This document shows positions 37,878 to 48,187 of a stretch of DNA of 64,000 bases, piece after piece. How positions within the stretch are numbered: position 1 is the first letter of the stretch; every line of letters starts with the position of its first letter. A program made the translations under genes and the position numbers. Where the stretch lies: the NCBI GenBank assembly GCA_963807165.1, contig CAWDZM010000004.1:2670-66669 (forward strand), read 5' to 3'. Under the pieces are notes generated by a model. The model was not told where the DNA came from, did no database searches, and saw only the letters and a list, made by a program, of their open reading frames with translations. Source of the DNA: an uncultured bacterium (GTDB lineage: Bacteria; Patescibacteriota; Minisyncoccia; UBA6257; 2-01-FULL-56-20).

Positions 37878-39959
37878 ATGGCAGAGCATGAGAAAAAAAT
37901 GCAGTCCGAGCATGCGGCGGATGATATCCGCGCGGATGAACTGGTGAAGCTCACTCAGCGCGAAGCAAGCATGAATGAGGATCATTTGCGCGACATTCCG
38001 GTAACGAATCGCAACTACTGGCGTTTTCGCGGCGATGAGCGCCGCCCGCTGCCGCGCGGCCTCAAGTGGGGAATCGCGGGATTGTTTGTGCTATTCATCG
38101 GGGGATTCGCGATATCATATTTTGTGGTTCGGCATGAAGTTGCAGTAACGATCGCATCGCGCGTGGGCGTATTGCAGGCTGGCGTGCAAGACCTTCAAGA
38201 TTTCAATCCGCAATCCGCGGCACAGAAATTTTCCACGTTGAACGCGCCAACTTCCGCCTCCGGGATTGTTAGCTCGCTCGTCGCGCTCTTTGCGGGGAGC
38301 AGCGGTGCAGTCCGGTCATTCACCGACCTTTCAAATCAGCTCACGGCGCTTTCGCAGAATATGACGAACGTCGAAAGCGATATGTTTGGATTCGCCACCG
38401 TGAGTACGAGCGCGAATCAAAGTGATACGCTTGCTACCGATCTTGGCAAAACGCGCGATACCCTGGCGACCATCGACGCGGACACAAACGCGCTCTCCGG
38501 TGCGGCGTCATATTTTGGTGCCGCATCACCGATGGGCGGTGAGAGCTATCTTGCGTTGAAGACGCAGGTGGAAGGTGCGGAAAGTTTTTTAAAGGCCTTC
38601 GTGCCATGGCTTTCGGACGCGTCGACGACACATCATATTTTGCTATTGTTCCAAAATCCGTCAGAGATGCGTCCGGGTGGAGGATTTTTGGGAAGCTATG
38701 CCGATGTTTCAATAAAAGGAGGGACGATCACGAATATCGCGGTGCATGACATTGCCGATATTGATAAGACGTTCACGTCCAAGATCGTGCCGCCGGTGCC
38801 GTTGCAGCTTGAGGAGACCGCATGGCGTCCTGCCGACGCAAACTGGTTCCTCGACTTCCCGACGTCCGCGTCGGAAACGATTCAGATGTTCGAGCAATCA
38901 ACGTCCACGACGTTCGATGGCGTGATCGCGGTGACACCGCAGGTGATGAGCGATCTTCTCTCCGTAACGGGGCCGGTGACGGTGCCCGGCGCGACATCAA
39001 AATCCGCATCCACCACATTTACTTCCGCCAATCTCGTTGTGCAGATCCAAAAGATCGTGCAGGCGGGTCAGGCGGCAACTGGCGGTGGCAACGCTACCTA
39101 TCCAAAAGAAATTTTGGCTCAGCTGTACCCCGCGATTTTTCAAGAGCTCGCATCTTCGACGGATGCGGAGAAGCAACAGATCCTTGAGTTGGCGGTTAAC
39201 TGGATTACTAATAAAGATGTGATGATCTACGCCACCAATCCTGCGTTTGAAACATTCGCCAGCACGTATGGCGCGACCGGCGACGTATACCAGCTCCCCG
39301 CCAACTTTAATGGCGACTATCTAGCGATCGCGAACGCGGATATTAATAGTGATAAGTCGGAGCTGTATATGGCACAGGATGTGAACTACGTCGCTTCGAT
39401 CGGGAGTGATGGCACGCTGACCGCGAACCTGATCATCAAGCGCACTCACGACGGCAATCAAAGTCCCTATTGGTGGTATCAAACGACGAACCAAGATTAC
39501 CTGCAAATCTTTGTGCCGAACGGGAGCACGCTCGACAACCAGAGCGGTGGCATCGCAAAGAGCGTTCCCGCGCCGATCAACTATGCGCGCGACGGATACA
39601 CGACCGATCCGAATGTTCTTGCGATCACATCCACCACCCAGCCGAATTTTACCTATCCAAAAATAACGACGCACGAAGAATCTGGAAAAGAAGTGTTTGC
39701 CATGTGGTCACGCACGTATGTGGGTCAGTCATCCACGCTCTCATTCAATTATTCGCATGAATTGTTCACCACGCCCGCTGATGGTGTGCAGTACCAGTTC
39801 GTTTTCGAGCGCCCGAGCGGCGCGACGGGGAATTACAGCATCGAAGTGGACGCGCCGCTCGGCTACGTGTTCGCCGAGAATGGCATCGCGAGCTTTACGT
39901 ACGAATCCACCAGCACGCCGGGGCGATTGATGTTTACGCTGACGTTGCAGAAGATATAA
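37878..39959 (+). CDS. Hypothetical large membrane-anchored extracytoplasmic protein
   Basis: 693 aa; single N-terminal TM helix (WGIAGLFVLFIGGFAISYFVV) then large soluble domain; divergent from the GT39 gene. Confidence 0.45.
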   Translation: MAEHEKKMQSEHAADDIRADELVKLTQREASMNEDHLRDIPVTNRNYWRFRGDERRPLPRGLKWGIAGLFVLFIGGFAISYFVVRHEVAVTIASRVGVLQAGVQDLQDFNPQSAAQKFSTLNAPTSASGIVSSLVALFAGSSGAVRSFTDLSNQLTALSQNMTNVESDMFGFATVSTSANQSDTLATDLGKTRDTLATIDADTNALSGAASYFGAASPMGGESYLALKTQVEGAESFLKAFVPWLSDASTTHHILLLFQNPSEMRPGGGFLGSYADVSIKGGTITNIAVHDIADIDKTFTSKIVPPVPLQLEETAWRPADANWFLDFPTSASETIQMFEQSTSTTFDGVIAVTPQVMSDLLSVTGPVTVPGATSKSASTTFTSANLVVQIQKIVQAGQAATGGGNATYPKEILAQLYPAIFQELASSTDAEKQQILELAVNWITNKDVMIYATNPAFETFASTYGATGDVYQLPANFNGDYLAIANADINSDKSELYMAQDVNYVASIGSDGTLTANLIIKRTHDGNQSPYWWYQTTNQDYLQIFVPNGSTLDNQSGGIAKSVPAPINYARDGYTTDPNVLAITSTTQPNFTYPKITTHEESGKEVFAMWSRTYVGQSSTLSFNYSHELFTTPADGVQYQFVFERPSGATGNYSIEVDAPLGYVFAENGIASFTYESTSTPGRLMFTLTLQKI

Positions 39960-40004
39960 AAAAAAGAGATACCAAGATCTTTGGCATCTCTTTGCAAGCA
40001 GGCC

Positions 40005-40256
40005 TCAATGTAATTTCACTTCTATCCCAGAATTTTTGAGTTCTGCGATCAGGTCAAAGTCCGATTCGCAGGAGCATTGGATATAGCAATATCCTCCCGC
40101 GAGAGCACCAGCTTTTACTTCTTTGACTTTTTGCTCGCGATACAGGTCACCATCGAGGATGCGAAATAGTTTTATGAAGTCCGCATCTGAAAGATCAAAC
40201 GAGTAATCGGTTGTTGGCTTCCTCGGTTTTCTTGAAGCTGCGATTATTGCCATCAC
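40005..40256 (-). CDS. Hypothetical protein
   Basis: 83-aa ORF; TGA stop. Confidence 0.3.
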   Translation of the reverse strand: MMAIIAASRKPRKPTTDYSFDLSDADFIKLFRILDGDLYREQKVKEVKAGALAGGYCYIQCSCESDFDLIAELKNSGIEVKLH

Positions 40257-40367
40257 CCACCTCTTTTTAGGTTCAGGTTTCTAAACATATTTTTACACAA
40301 TATTAATGATTAAATCAAGTCAATCTCGACCATTAAAAAATCATTAAAAAGTTTTTGACTTCGCGTT

Positions 40368-40679
40368 TTGAAAGCGTATGCTTTTTACATGAATAAAAAA
40401 ATAAAAACAACAACAATAGACGATCTTGCGGTGATGATGGAAAAAGAGTCGCGCGTCAACGAAAAGCGATTTGTAAAATTAGAAGAGGGATTTGCTGCGT
40501 TGAACGATAAATTTACTGGATTGAAGGGCGAAATTGTTTCAATAAAAGAAACTATGGTAACAAAACAGGATCTCCATAAGGTTGAAGCGCGGATCCTTAC
40601 CGCCATCGGCAATGTTGCAACCGAAGTGAAAAATCATGATAGGCGCATTTTAGCACTCGAAAAAATTGTTAACCCGTAA
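40368..40679 (+). CDS. Hypothetical coiled-coil protein
   Basis: 103-aa ORF, heptad-like charged pattern. Confidence 0.3.
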   Translation: MKAYAFYMNKKIKTTTIDDLAVMMEKESRVNEKRFVKLEEGFAALNDKFTGLKGEIVSIKETMVTKQDLHKVEARILTAIGNVATEVKNHDRRILALEKIVNP

Positions 40680-40726
40680 AGGTCTCTTCCTTGTGATTAC
40701 GCGTGATTTTCTGTAAAATCACCGCA

Positions 40727-42535
40727 ATGGAACACATCCGCAACTTCGTCATTATTGCTCATATTGATAGTGGAAAATCCACGCTCGCCGACCGTTTGCT
40801 CGAGATGACGGGCACGGTGCCGATGCGTTCGATGCAGGCGCAGTATCTTGACCGGATGCCGCTCGAGCGCGAGCGAGGGATTACGATCAAGATGGCGCCG
40901 GTGCGCATGGAGTACGAATCCGGCGGCGTAAAGTATGTGATGAACCTGATCGACACGCCGGGCCACTCGGATTTTGCGTACGAGGTTTCGCGCGCGCTGA
41001 ACGCTGTCGAGGGCGGCATCCTGCTCGTGGATGGCACGAAAGGAATTCAAGCGCAGACGCTTTCCAATTTGCGCGGCGCGCAGAAAGCGGGTTTGCGGAT
41101 TATCCCCGCCGTGAATAAGATCGATCTGGCACTTCCACAGATCGAAAAAGTGGTGGAAGCGACGGCGGAGTTGCTCGGCGTGACGCCGGAGGAAGTCTTC
41201 CGCGTTTCGGCAAAGACCGGCGCGGGAGTGAGGGAGCTTCTTGAAGCGGTAATAAAATTAGTGCCGCCGCCGAAGGTCGGCCATGGCACATCAAACGATA
41301 CTATTTCGAAGGCGCTCATCTTTGATTCGGCATACGACGATCACAAAGGTATCATTGCGAACGTTCGGGTGTTCGGCGGCGAGTTCGGCACAGAAGACAT
41401 GCATCTCGTGGCGAGTGCCGACGGGTTTAAAGCAAAGGAGGTCGGCTATTTTTCTCCGGATATGCGATCGACGGCGAAATTAAAAACCGGCGAGATCGGC
41501 TATATTGCGACGGGATTGAAAGAGCCGGAGCTTGTACACATCGGCGATACCATTTTGGCGAATCGCGATTCGACGAGCCTTGGCGGCGCGCGTGCGAGCG
41601 AGCTCGCGTTGCCCGGCTATCGTGAGCCAGCGCCCGTCGTGTTTATTTCTTTTTATCCTGACGCGGATACAAAGTTCGACGACCTTAAGCGTGGGTTTGA
41701 GAAACTGCGCTTGAACGATGCGGCGCTCAGCTTTGAACCGGATTCTAACGAAGCGCTCGGTCGCGGATTAAAAGTTGGCTTCCTTGGTCAGCTTCACTTC
41801 GAGATCATCTCCAGTCGTCTTGAACGAGAATATAATTTAACATTCTTAACAAGCTTTCCCTCCATCGCGTATCGCGTGCAGGACAAAGGAAAAATATTTG
41901 TGATCAAACAACCGCAGGATTTTCCTGATCATCCGGAAAAAGTGTGGGAGCCGCTCGTCAATCTGGAAATTTTAACGCCACAGCAATATTTGAGTGCCGT
42001 GCTTAACATGCAGACCATTTTTGATATGGAGATCAATGAAGTAAAAAATATTGGCGAGAATTTATTGATCCAAGCCGTGATGCCGCTCCGCGAACTGATC
42101 CGTGATTTTGATGATCGCATGAAGTCCGTGTCACAGGGATACGCATCCTTTACGTACGAGCTGGCGGGGGAGCGCGAATCGGAAGTGGAGAAGTTGGAGA
42201 TCGTGGTGGTGGATGAGATCGTGCCTGCGCTCACGCGCATCGTGCCGAAAAAAGATCTGGAGCGCGAAGGGCGCCAGACGGTAGAGCGATTAAAAGAGCT
42301 TTTGCCCAAGATGCAGTTCTCGCAAGCGATCCAGGCAAAATCGCTCGGGCGCATCATCGCGCGCGAGACAATCCCGGCGATGAAGAAAGAGCTCGGCAAT
42401 TTCGGCAAGAACGGCGGCGACCGCACGCGCAAGATGAAGCTGTGGAAGAAGCAGGAGAAGGGCAAGGAACGCCTTCAGGCCGGCGCTCGCGTGGATATTT
42501 CGCCGGAGGTCTTCCGTGAAATTCTTAAAAAATAG
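40727..42535 (+). CDS. lepA: Translation elongation factor 4 (LepA)
   Basis: IRNFVIIAHIDSGKSTLADRLLE (G1), DTPGHSDF, NKID motifs; LepA-specific C-terminal domain. Confidence 0.9.
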   Translation: MEHIRNFVIIAHIDSGKSTLADRLLEMTGTVPMRSMQAQYLDRMPLERERGITIKMAPVRMEYESGGVKYVMNLIDTPGHSDFAYEVSRALNAVEGGILLVDGTKGIQAQTLSNLRGAQKAGLRIIPAVNKIDLALPQIEKVVEATAELLGVTPEEVFRVSAKTGAGVRELLEAVIKLVPPPKVGHGTSNDTISKALIFDSAYDDHKGIIANVRVFGGEFGTEDMHLVASADGFKAKEVGYFSPDMRSTAKLKTGEIGYIATGLKEPELVHIGDTILANRDSTSLGGARASELALPGYREPAPVVFISFYPDADTKFDDLKRGFEKLRLNDAALSFEPDSNEALGRGLKVGFLGQLHFEIISSRLEREYNLTFLTSFPSIAYRVQDKGKIFVIKQPQDFPDHPEKVWEPLVNLEILTPQQYLSAVLNMQTIFDMEINEVKNIGENLLIQAVMPLRELIRDFDDRMKSVSQGYASFTYELAGERESEVEKLEIVVVDEIVPALTRIVPKKDLEREGRQTVERLKELLPKMQFSQAIQAKSLGRIIARETIPAMKKELGNFGKNGGDRTRKMKLWKKQEKGKERLQAGARVDISPEVFREILKK

Positions 42536-42660
42536 GTATTGGTGCTACATGGATATTTTTATAATCCAACTGGTCTTGGATAAAGATTCTGCGTAACTAG
42601 TTTTGTTTGAACTTCGTCCCACGCTACCCGCCCGTACTTTACGGTTTTTAGTGGAGGATA

Positions 42661-42800
42661 GGGTTTTAGGGAAAGGAGGCAAGAGCATTATTCTTCTGAG
42701 GGTATCGCGGAGCCGCGAAGGCGGCGAGCGTAAGCGCGCGGTCAGCAGACCGCGACGCGTCCCTCAAAGGAATAATGCTCTTGCCTCCTTTCCCTAACCC
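42661..42800 (+). ncRNA. Structured repeat element copy D (conserved core, about 38-bp closing stem) downstream of lepA
   Basis: Outer stem gggttttagggaaaggaggcaagagcattattcttctgaggg / ccctcaaaggaataatgctcttgcctcctttccctaaccc; core with GCCGC-GAAG-GCGGC and GCGGUCAGCAGACCGC (compensatory change). Confidence 0.55.
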
Positions 42801-42815
42801 TCCTACACTAATCAT

Positions 42816-43103
42816 ATGAAGATCGCCGCTATCGTCGTCCTTTCCCTCTTTCTCATTATTTTGGGTGTCCAGGTGTTTTCGTTCGTGGGGCAGGAATGGC
42901 ATCTTGGCAGTGAGCTGGCGGATGTGCAGGCAAGTCTTACGAAAGCTCAGGCACAGGAGACAAGCTTGCAGGAGGAGAACCAATATCTTTCTAATCCTGC
43001 CAACTTAGAGAAAGAACTTCGCGCACGGTTCAACTACAAAAAGCCGGGCGAGACGATGGTGATCATCGAATCAACGGGAACATCGACTACTTCAACTGAC
43101 TAA
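42816..43103 (+). CDS. Septum formation initiator FtsB/DivIC-like
   Basis: N-terminal TM helix followed by coiled coil (LTKAQAQETSLQEENQYL) and conserved C-terminal FNYKKPGETMVII. Confidence 0.5.
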   Translation: MKIAAIVVLSLFLIILGVQVFSFVGQEWHLGSELADVQASLTKAQAQETSLQEENQYLSNPANLEKELRARFNYKKPGETMVIIESTGTSTTSTD

Positions 43104-43104
43104 T

Positions 43105-43485
43105 ATGGAAAATATACGCGGAGAAGAACTTGGATCTTTTGAAACCGGCTCCCGGCCGAGTATTAATCAGGAAACAGAATCGTATTTTGACGAAACGCTC
43201 GATCAGGCGATCGAGGGATTGAGAAGTAAGGAGTGCTATCGGATTCCCGACGTGATCAATCGGCTTGATAATAATAAGAAGGCGACGAAGGAGAAGTTGG
43301 CGCAAGCGTTGAATATGGGAGGTTTTGATTGGAGGATTTTCGACACGCTCGTGACCGACGCTGCGAGCGAGAAAACCGTGAGCGGCATGATCGTCTCGTG
43401 GGCGGAAGAAGTCGAGCTGGCTGCGGACAACGATGCTATCCGCGTCGCGGATAAAACACTCGCCGATCAGCTAGAGAATTTTTAG
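43105..43485 (+). CDS. Hypothetical acidic protein
   Basis: 126-aa ORF directly after the FtsB-like gene. Confidence 0.35.
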   Translation: MENIRGEELGSFETGSRPSINQETESYFDETLDQAIEGLRSKECYRIPDVINRLDNNKKATKEKLAQALNMGGFDWRIFDTLVTDAASEKTVSGMIVSWAEEVELAADNDAIRVADKTLADQLENF

Positions 43486-43556
43486 AGCGGGTAACGGGAA
43501 TCGAACCCGTGTCTCAACCTTGGGAAGGTCGCGTTCTGCCACTGAACCATACCCGC
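43486..43556 (-). tRNA. tRNA-Gly (anticodon CCC)
   Basis: Reverse complement GCGGGTA-TG-GTTC-AGTGGCA-GAAC-G-CGACC-TTCCCAA-GGTTG-AGACA-CGGGTTCGATTCCCG-TTACCCGC; anticodon loop TTCCCAA. Confidence 0.8.
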
Positions 43557-43636
43557 GCGAGCCAGCTCGCTCGCTGCGAACCTAAAAACGATACACGAGC
43601 CCCGCATGTTTTGCAAAGTGTATTACAATAGAGGTA

Positions 43637-45586
43637 ATGGCATCGACGACCAATCGGACCTTCAAGGGCAAGCTGCGGAATAAGATATTCCTTTTTATGG
43701 CGCTCATCGGCATCGTGCCGCTCGTCGCGGCGGCGGCGCTCACGTACTACGTCGTCACAAGCTCGCACCGCGATGATGTGGCAAAGCTCGAGGCCGCGAT
43801 GCTCACGCAAACACAGGGCGAGATTCAGTCATTTATCAACACGGATATTTTAGAGCACACGAATGTGGAAATCCCATATGGCGGGAATATTTTTGCAACG
43901 TCGTCCGTCCCCGCGCAGCAATATGTGCTTGGCCAGACGCTCAGCGCTTTGCCATTTTTGCAATCCGAAGCGTATGTGAACCTTGCGGGGATCGTGACCG
44001 CCTCCGCCGATCGCAATAATCTTTTTGGGAATGCGACATCTTCATCATCGTCCTTGGATGTGAGTGCGACGCCAGCGTTCCAGGCGGCGAAGGCGGGGAA
44101 TAATTATCTCGGCCCGGTTTCGTATATGCCGAGCGCCGCCGCGGCGGGGCAGAACGTGCCGGTCGTCTCATTCGCATCGCCCGTCAAAGATAACAACGGT
44201 GATACGATCGGTGTCATCACTGGCGTCGCCGCGCTTGATGAATTGCAGACGATCGTTGCTGCGGCATCTATCGGCGATAGCGGTTATCTTTATCTTGTTG
44301 ATCAGAATGGCGCGTTGATCGCGGGCGGCGGCAGCGCCGGAGCGGGTACTAATGCCGCGGGTGGAACTCTTTCCGGCGACATCGGCAGTTCCACCGTGGC
44401 GCAGATCCCGATGGTGCAACGCGTGATCGGCGGCGCGCCCGCGCTCACGGCAGCCACGCAGCTGCGGTACAAAAATGTTTTTGGAAAAAACGTTGTGGCC
44501 GCGGGCGCGCCGATGAACGAGGACGGACAATCGTGGGGGCTCGTCGCCGAGTGGCCGACGTCCGAAGCGGATGCGGTGATCAACGCACTTCTCTTGCGCG
44601 ATGCGATCATGCTGCTCATCGTGTTCGCACTCGTTGTGTTGCTTTCGTTCGCGCTCGCGCTTATCATTGTGCGACCGATCCAGGAGTTGGAAGAAGGTAC
44701 CGCGCGTGTGGCGCAGGGAAAATTCACCGAGGGCGTGAACATCACAACCGGCGATGAGCTGGAGGAACTCGGCGATTCATTCAATGACATGGTGATCGGG
44801 TTGAAAGAGCTTGAGCAGTTGAAGGACGAGTTTGTGTTCATCGCCGCGCACGAACTGCGCACGCCGGTCGCCGCTATGAAAGGATATTTGCAATTGATCC
44901 TGGACGGCACGACGGGCACGATCTCGCCCGAAGCGCGGGTGTTTATGGAAAAGGTGCTCGCGTCGAATCAGCGCCTCATCCAGTTGGTCAATGATCTTCT
45001 TGAAGTGGCGCGCTCGCAGGCGGGGCGGCTCACGATAAAAGTAGCGCCGGTGGACATCGCTCCCGCGATCGCTTCCACCCTCGACGAATTGAAATCGCTC
45101 GCGGACGAGAAGGGCGTGACGATGGCATACGATGCGACGATGGCGGACGATGGCGTTTCGGGCGCACCCGGCACGCCGTTGCCGCAGATCCTCGCCGACA
45201 CTGATCGCATCAAAGAAGTGGTGGTAAATCTTGTTGGAAACGCCATCAAATATATGGGCGGCGCGGGAGCGATCACGATCACGCACGAGCTCGCACCGGC
45301 GGTGCAGTCGCTCACGCGCGACGGGCGCAATCTTCCGGCGATGCTCGTCACGCACATCACCGACACCGGACTTGGCATGTCGCACGAGGCGCAGGAAAAA
45401 CTTTTCCAAAAATTCTACCGCGTGACGACCGACAAGACGAAGGACATCACGGGCACCGGCCTTGGACTTTTTATTGTGAAGGAAATAATAGAGAAGATGG
45501 GCGGCACGATTGGCGTCGTATCGGAGGAAGGGAAGGGGAGCACATTCAGTTTTGCGCTGCAGGTGGCATCGCCCGCGGGAAATTAA
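43637..45586 (+). CDS. Sensor histidine kinase (two TM helices, periplasmic sensor domain, HAMP, HisKA, HATPase_c); no cognate response regulator adjacent
   Basis: HisKA H-box FIAAHELRTPVAAMKGY; N-box NLVGNAIKY; G-boxes DTGLGM and GTGLGLFIVKEIIEKMGGTIGV. Confidence 0.85.
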   Translation: MASTTNRTFKGKLRNKIFLFMALIGIVPLVAAAALTYYVVTSSHRDDVAKLEAAMLTQTQGEIQSFINTDILEHTNVEIPYGGNIFATSSVPAQQYVLGQTLSALPFLQSEAYVNLAGIVTASADRNNLFGNATSSSSSLDVSATPAFQAAKAGNNYLGPVSYMPSAAAAGQNVPVVSFASPVKDNNGDTIGVITGVAALDELQTIVAAASIGDSGYLYLVDQNGALIAGGGSAGAGTNAAGGTLSGDIGSSTVAQIPMVQRVIGGAPALTAATQLRYKNVFGKNVVAAGAPMNEDGQSWGLVAEWPTSEADAVINALLLRDAIMLLIVFALVVLLSFALALIIVRPIQELEEGTARVAQGKFTEGVNITTGDELEELGDSFNDMVIGLKELEQLKDEFVFIAAHELRTPVAAMKGYLQLILDGTTGTISPEARVFMEKVLASNQRLIQLVNDLLEVARSQAGRLTIKVAPVDIAPAIASTLDELKSLADEKGVTMAYDATMADDGVSGAPGTPLPQILADTDRIKEVVVNLVGNAIKYMGGAGAITITHELAPAVQSLTRDGRNLPAMLVTHITDTGLGMSHEAQEKLFQKFYRVTTDKTKDITGTGLGLFIVKEIIEKMGGTIGVVSEEGKGSTFSFALQVASPAGN

Positions 45587-45596
45587 TTTTTGATAA

Positions 45597-45640
45597 AAAA
45601 AGACCCCGTTCGCTGGTTGGCGATTGGGGTCTTGCTGTGC
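45597..45640. terminator. Bidirectional hairpin terminator between convergent genes
   Basis: aaaaaagaccccgttcgctggttggcgattggggtctt. Confidence 0.6.
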
Positions 45641-45658
45641 TGCGGAAAGAGCTGCTAC

Positions 45659-47056
45659 TTAATTGCTAGGCTGTTGTGCTACCTGACTTTGGGTCTGGCT
45701 TTGGTCGCCAGTGGTCGCTGTCGGGTTCGCTGCCTGAGTTTGGCTCTGCGAAGGATTCGCAGTTGCCGTCGGGTTAGCATTCACGACCGGACTGGCCGTC
45801 GTGGTTTGAGTCGGACTTGCGGTCTGGCTTTGATCCCCGCCGGTCGCAGTGGAGCTTCCTCCTGCCGCGCTTGATGATGAACTTCCGCCGGTTGCGGTTG
45901 GATTTGCGGTCTGAGTTTGGTTGGAATTTCCACCGGCTGCACTCGATGAAGAGTTGCCAGAGCCGGTGATATTGCCACCCTGAGCTGATCCACCAGTTGA
46001 GCTTGAGGATGAATTTCCTGAACCAGTGACGTTGCCGCCACTTGCTTGGGAATTTCCGGAACCAACGATACTACCTCCGTTGGAGTTCGATGAAGAATTT
46101 CCACCGTTGGCAGTATTGTGAACGTTTGAATTGCCGGAGCCAATGACGTTGCCGCCAGTGCCTCCTTGGGACGTTGAAAGATTACTGTTGCTGTTCGAAG
46201 AATTCCCCGAACCGGTAACACTTCCACCCGAACCGCCGAGAGCGCTTGCAGAAGAACTCCCGCCACTGCCTCCTTTGCCACCTTGGCCTCCAGCACCACC
46301 TGCGGCACTGTTGGTATTGGTGTTCGTGTTGGAACCGCCTTGAGCAAGATTGCTATTGCTGTTGGTGTTAGTAGCCTTTCCGCCTTGCGATTTGTTGTTG
46401 TTGACGGAACTTACCGCCACATTTCCAGAGCCGTTCATCTGTGCGCCGCCACCAACAACGCTTGTGCTGTTGGTGAGATCGGCACCGGACGAGTTGCCGC
46501 CGGCTGCGCTGATGCTAGTGGTAATCTTTGTAGCGCCGAGATAACTTCCTGCAACGCCGGAGAGATCATCGAGCACGCGGAGGACGACATACGACTTCCT
46601 CTTTGTTTTGGTGAAATTTGCTTCGGCGTTATTGAGGCCTGCCTGTGACTCGGTGAGAGTAGCTTGCGCTGTCATCGCCTTGATGCGGGCGTTAGCATAC
46701 TGACCTGCAAGATCCGCGCGCTCGTCTTTGTCCAGATCCCCGAGGTTCTCGAGGGTATGGGTCTCGTTCAACTTTGCGTTAGCCAAGAGGGTGAGCGCGG
46801 TAGCCAGCGGAGAAATATCCGTTGGCGGAATGTTGACAGTAATGGGCGATACTGCTGGTGTTTGCGGCGCGTCATGCACCACTACCGTTTTCGTCCGATA
46901 GACGATCGTGGGCGGTGGCGTGCATCGCGGGGCACAGCAGTCGATTGTCGGTTGTGGTTGAGTGCACTTATTAGGTGCAGGTTGCTGGCAAAACATCGCC
47001 AGCGGCAACAGCGATCCGATGATCACTGCAGAAATTTTCAATGCGATGTATCTCAT
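45659..47056 (-). CDS. Secreted low-complexity protein with Gly/Ser/Asn-rich degenerate repeats (GGN[IV]TGSGNSS...) and Gln/Thr/Pro-rich N-proximal region
   Basis: Signal-peptide-like N-terminus, Cys-rich short segment (CTQPQPTIDCCAPRC), about 250 aa of GSGNSS-type repeats; overlaps upstream LysM gene by 4 nt. Confidence 0.5.
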   Translation of the reverse strand: MRYIALKISAVIIGSLLPLAMFCQQPAPNKCTQPQPTIDCCAPRCTPPPTIVYRTKTVVVHDAPQTPAVSPITVNIPPTDISPLATALTLLANAKLNETHTLENLGDLDKDERADLAGQYANARIKAMTAQATLTESQAGLNNAEANFTKTKRKSYVVLRVLDDLSGVAGSYLGATKITTSISAAGGNSSGADLTNSTSVVGGGAQMNGSGNVAVSSVNNNKSQGGKATNTNSNSNLAQGGSNTNTNTNSAAGGAGGQGGKGGSGGSSSASALGGSGGSVTGSGNSSNSNSNLSTSQGGTGGNVIGSGNSNVHNTANGGNSSSNSNGGSIVGSGNSQASGGNVTGSGNSSSSSTGGSAQGGNITGSGNSSSSAAGGNSNQTQTANPTATGGSSSSSAAGGSSTATGGDQSQTASPTQTTTASPVVNANPTATANPSQSQTQAANPTATTGDQSQTQSQVAQQPSN

Positions 47057-48117
47057 TGCGACTCCTTTTGGGAAAGAGCGTTGCCTAATGCATTGCTCTC
47101 AAGGCTAGCCCGGTAAAGGGCGAGTTTTGATTTGTCGACAGCCTTTTGAGCAGCCGCCAATTTGCGTTCCTGAATTTTGTCGTGCCACGCAATGCCAAGG
47201 TGGACGAGCCGCGGGACTCCTACTGCGATGCCTGCAGCGATAGGGCCGCCGGCGAGGAATGAAATTCCAGCCGGGGCGCCTGCTTTGATGATCGATGCCA
47301 GGATCTGTGTACCTACGTGCGCCCCTGGAGCTTTCCCGTTATATACCTGTATCTGCGTGCTATCGATAGGGATGGTGATCCCTCCGACAAGCAGTTCGAA
47401 CGGCTGTGCGGGAATTTTCTTGAGGTGAACGAATACGACCGTATTGCCATCTCGTGCGGGAATCGCCAGTGATGGCTTAAGGTCGATCCGTTCGATGGGA
47501 AGTCCAAGTCGCTTTTCTTCCTCTGAATTAAAGAGGACGAGCTGCGTTTGGAGTTTGCCTTGCAGGTTGGGATCATTGCTGACCACGAACTGGTGTCCGC
47601 TGATCTTTGCCGGTCGCGTCTTCTCGATCTTTGCGCTGGTTGGCGCAGAGGTCGGTGCGGGCGATTGGGCAACGTCAGGAGATGCCAAGGAAACCTGTAT
47701 CGGCGCGTGAGCGAACAGAAGCGTGAAGGAGTCATCCTCCACTGTGTTCGCAATCGCCACAGGTGCTGCATCAACGATCGGATCGACAGTTGCGCGCGGT
47801 TGCGCGCGAGGCGTCGCTACGATGGCTGTTGCAACTGACTTGGCTGCGGTCTCCGGAATGTTGATCCGGCGGCCGAAGTAGATCTTGTTTTCGTCGACGA
47901 TGTTCGGATTTGCATCCTTGATCGTCGAGTAAAGGTGCCAGTCGCCGTAAACGGCGAGGGCATCCTTCGAGAGTGTATCGCCTGGGTGAATCTCGCAACT
48001 GAAGCTTGTTCCACCGGCGGGGATACACGCGTGCTCCTTTGCAAATGCCGCGTCGAGACCGAAGCAGCAATTCGCGGAAAGAAGCAGAAGAAGGGCAACG
48101 TTCAAAAATTTTTTCAT
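47053..48117 (-). CDS. Secreted LysM-domain protein
   Basis: Signal peptide MKKFLNVALLLLLSANCCFG. LysM-like block IHPGDTLSKDALAVYGDWHLYSTIKDANPNI...IYFGRRINIP. AAGAGGA RBS; ORF extends to 48207 but ATG 48117 preferred. Confidence 0.5.
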   Translation of the reverse strand: MKKFLNVALLLLLSANCCFGLDAAFAKEHACIPAGGTSFSCEIHPGDTLSKDALAVYGDWHLYSTIKDANPNIVDENKIYFGRRINIPETAAKSVATAIVATPRAQPRATVDPIVDAAPVAIANTVEDDSFTLLFAHAPIQVSLASPDVAQSPAPTSAPTSAKIEKTRPAKISGHQFVVSNDPNLQGKLQTQLVLFNSEEEKRLGLPIERIDLKPSLAIPARDGNTVVFVHLKKIPAQPFELLVGGITIPIDSTQIQVYNGKAPGAHVGTQILASIIKAGAPAGISFLAGGPIAAGIAVGVPRLVHLGIAWHDKIQERKLAAAQKAVDKSKLALYRASLESNALGNALSQKESQ

Positions 48118-48187
48118 TGCGTCCTCTTTTTCTTCTTGAGCACCACGATCTCCGACAGTAGAACATATCACTGAGCTTTTTGCCGCC

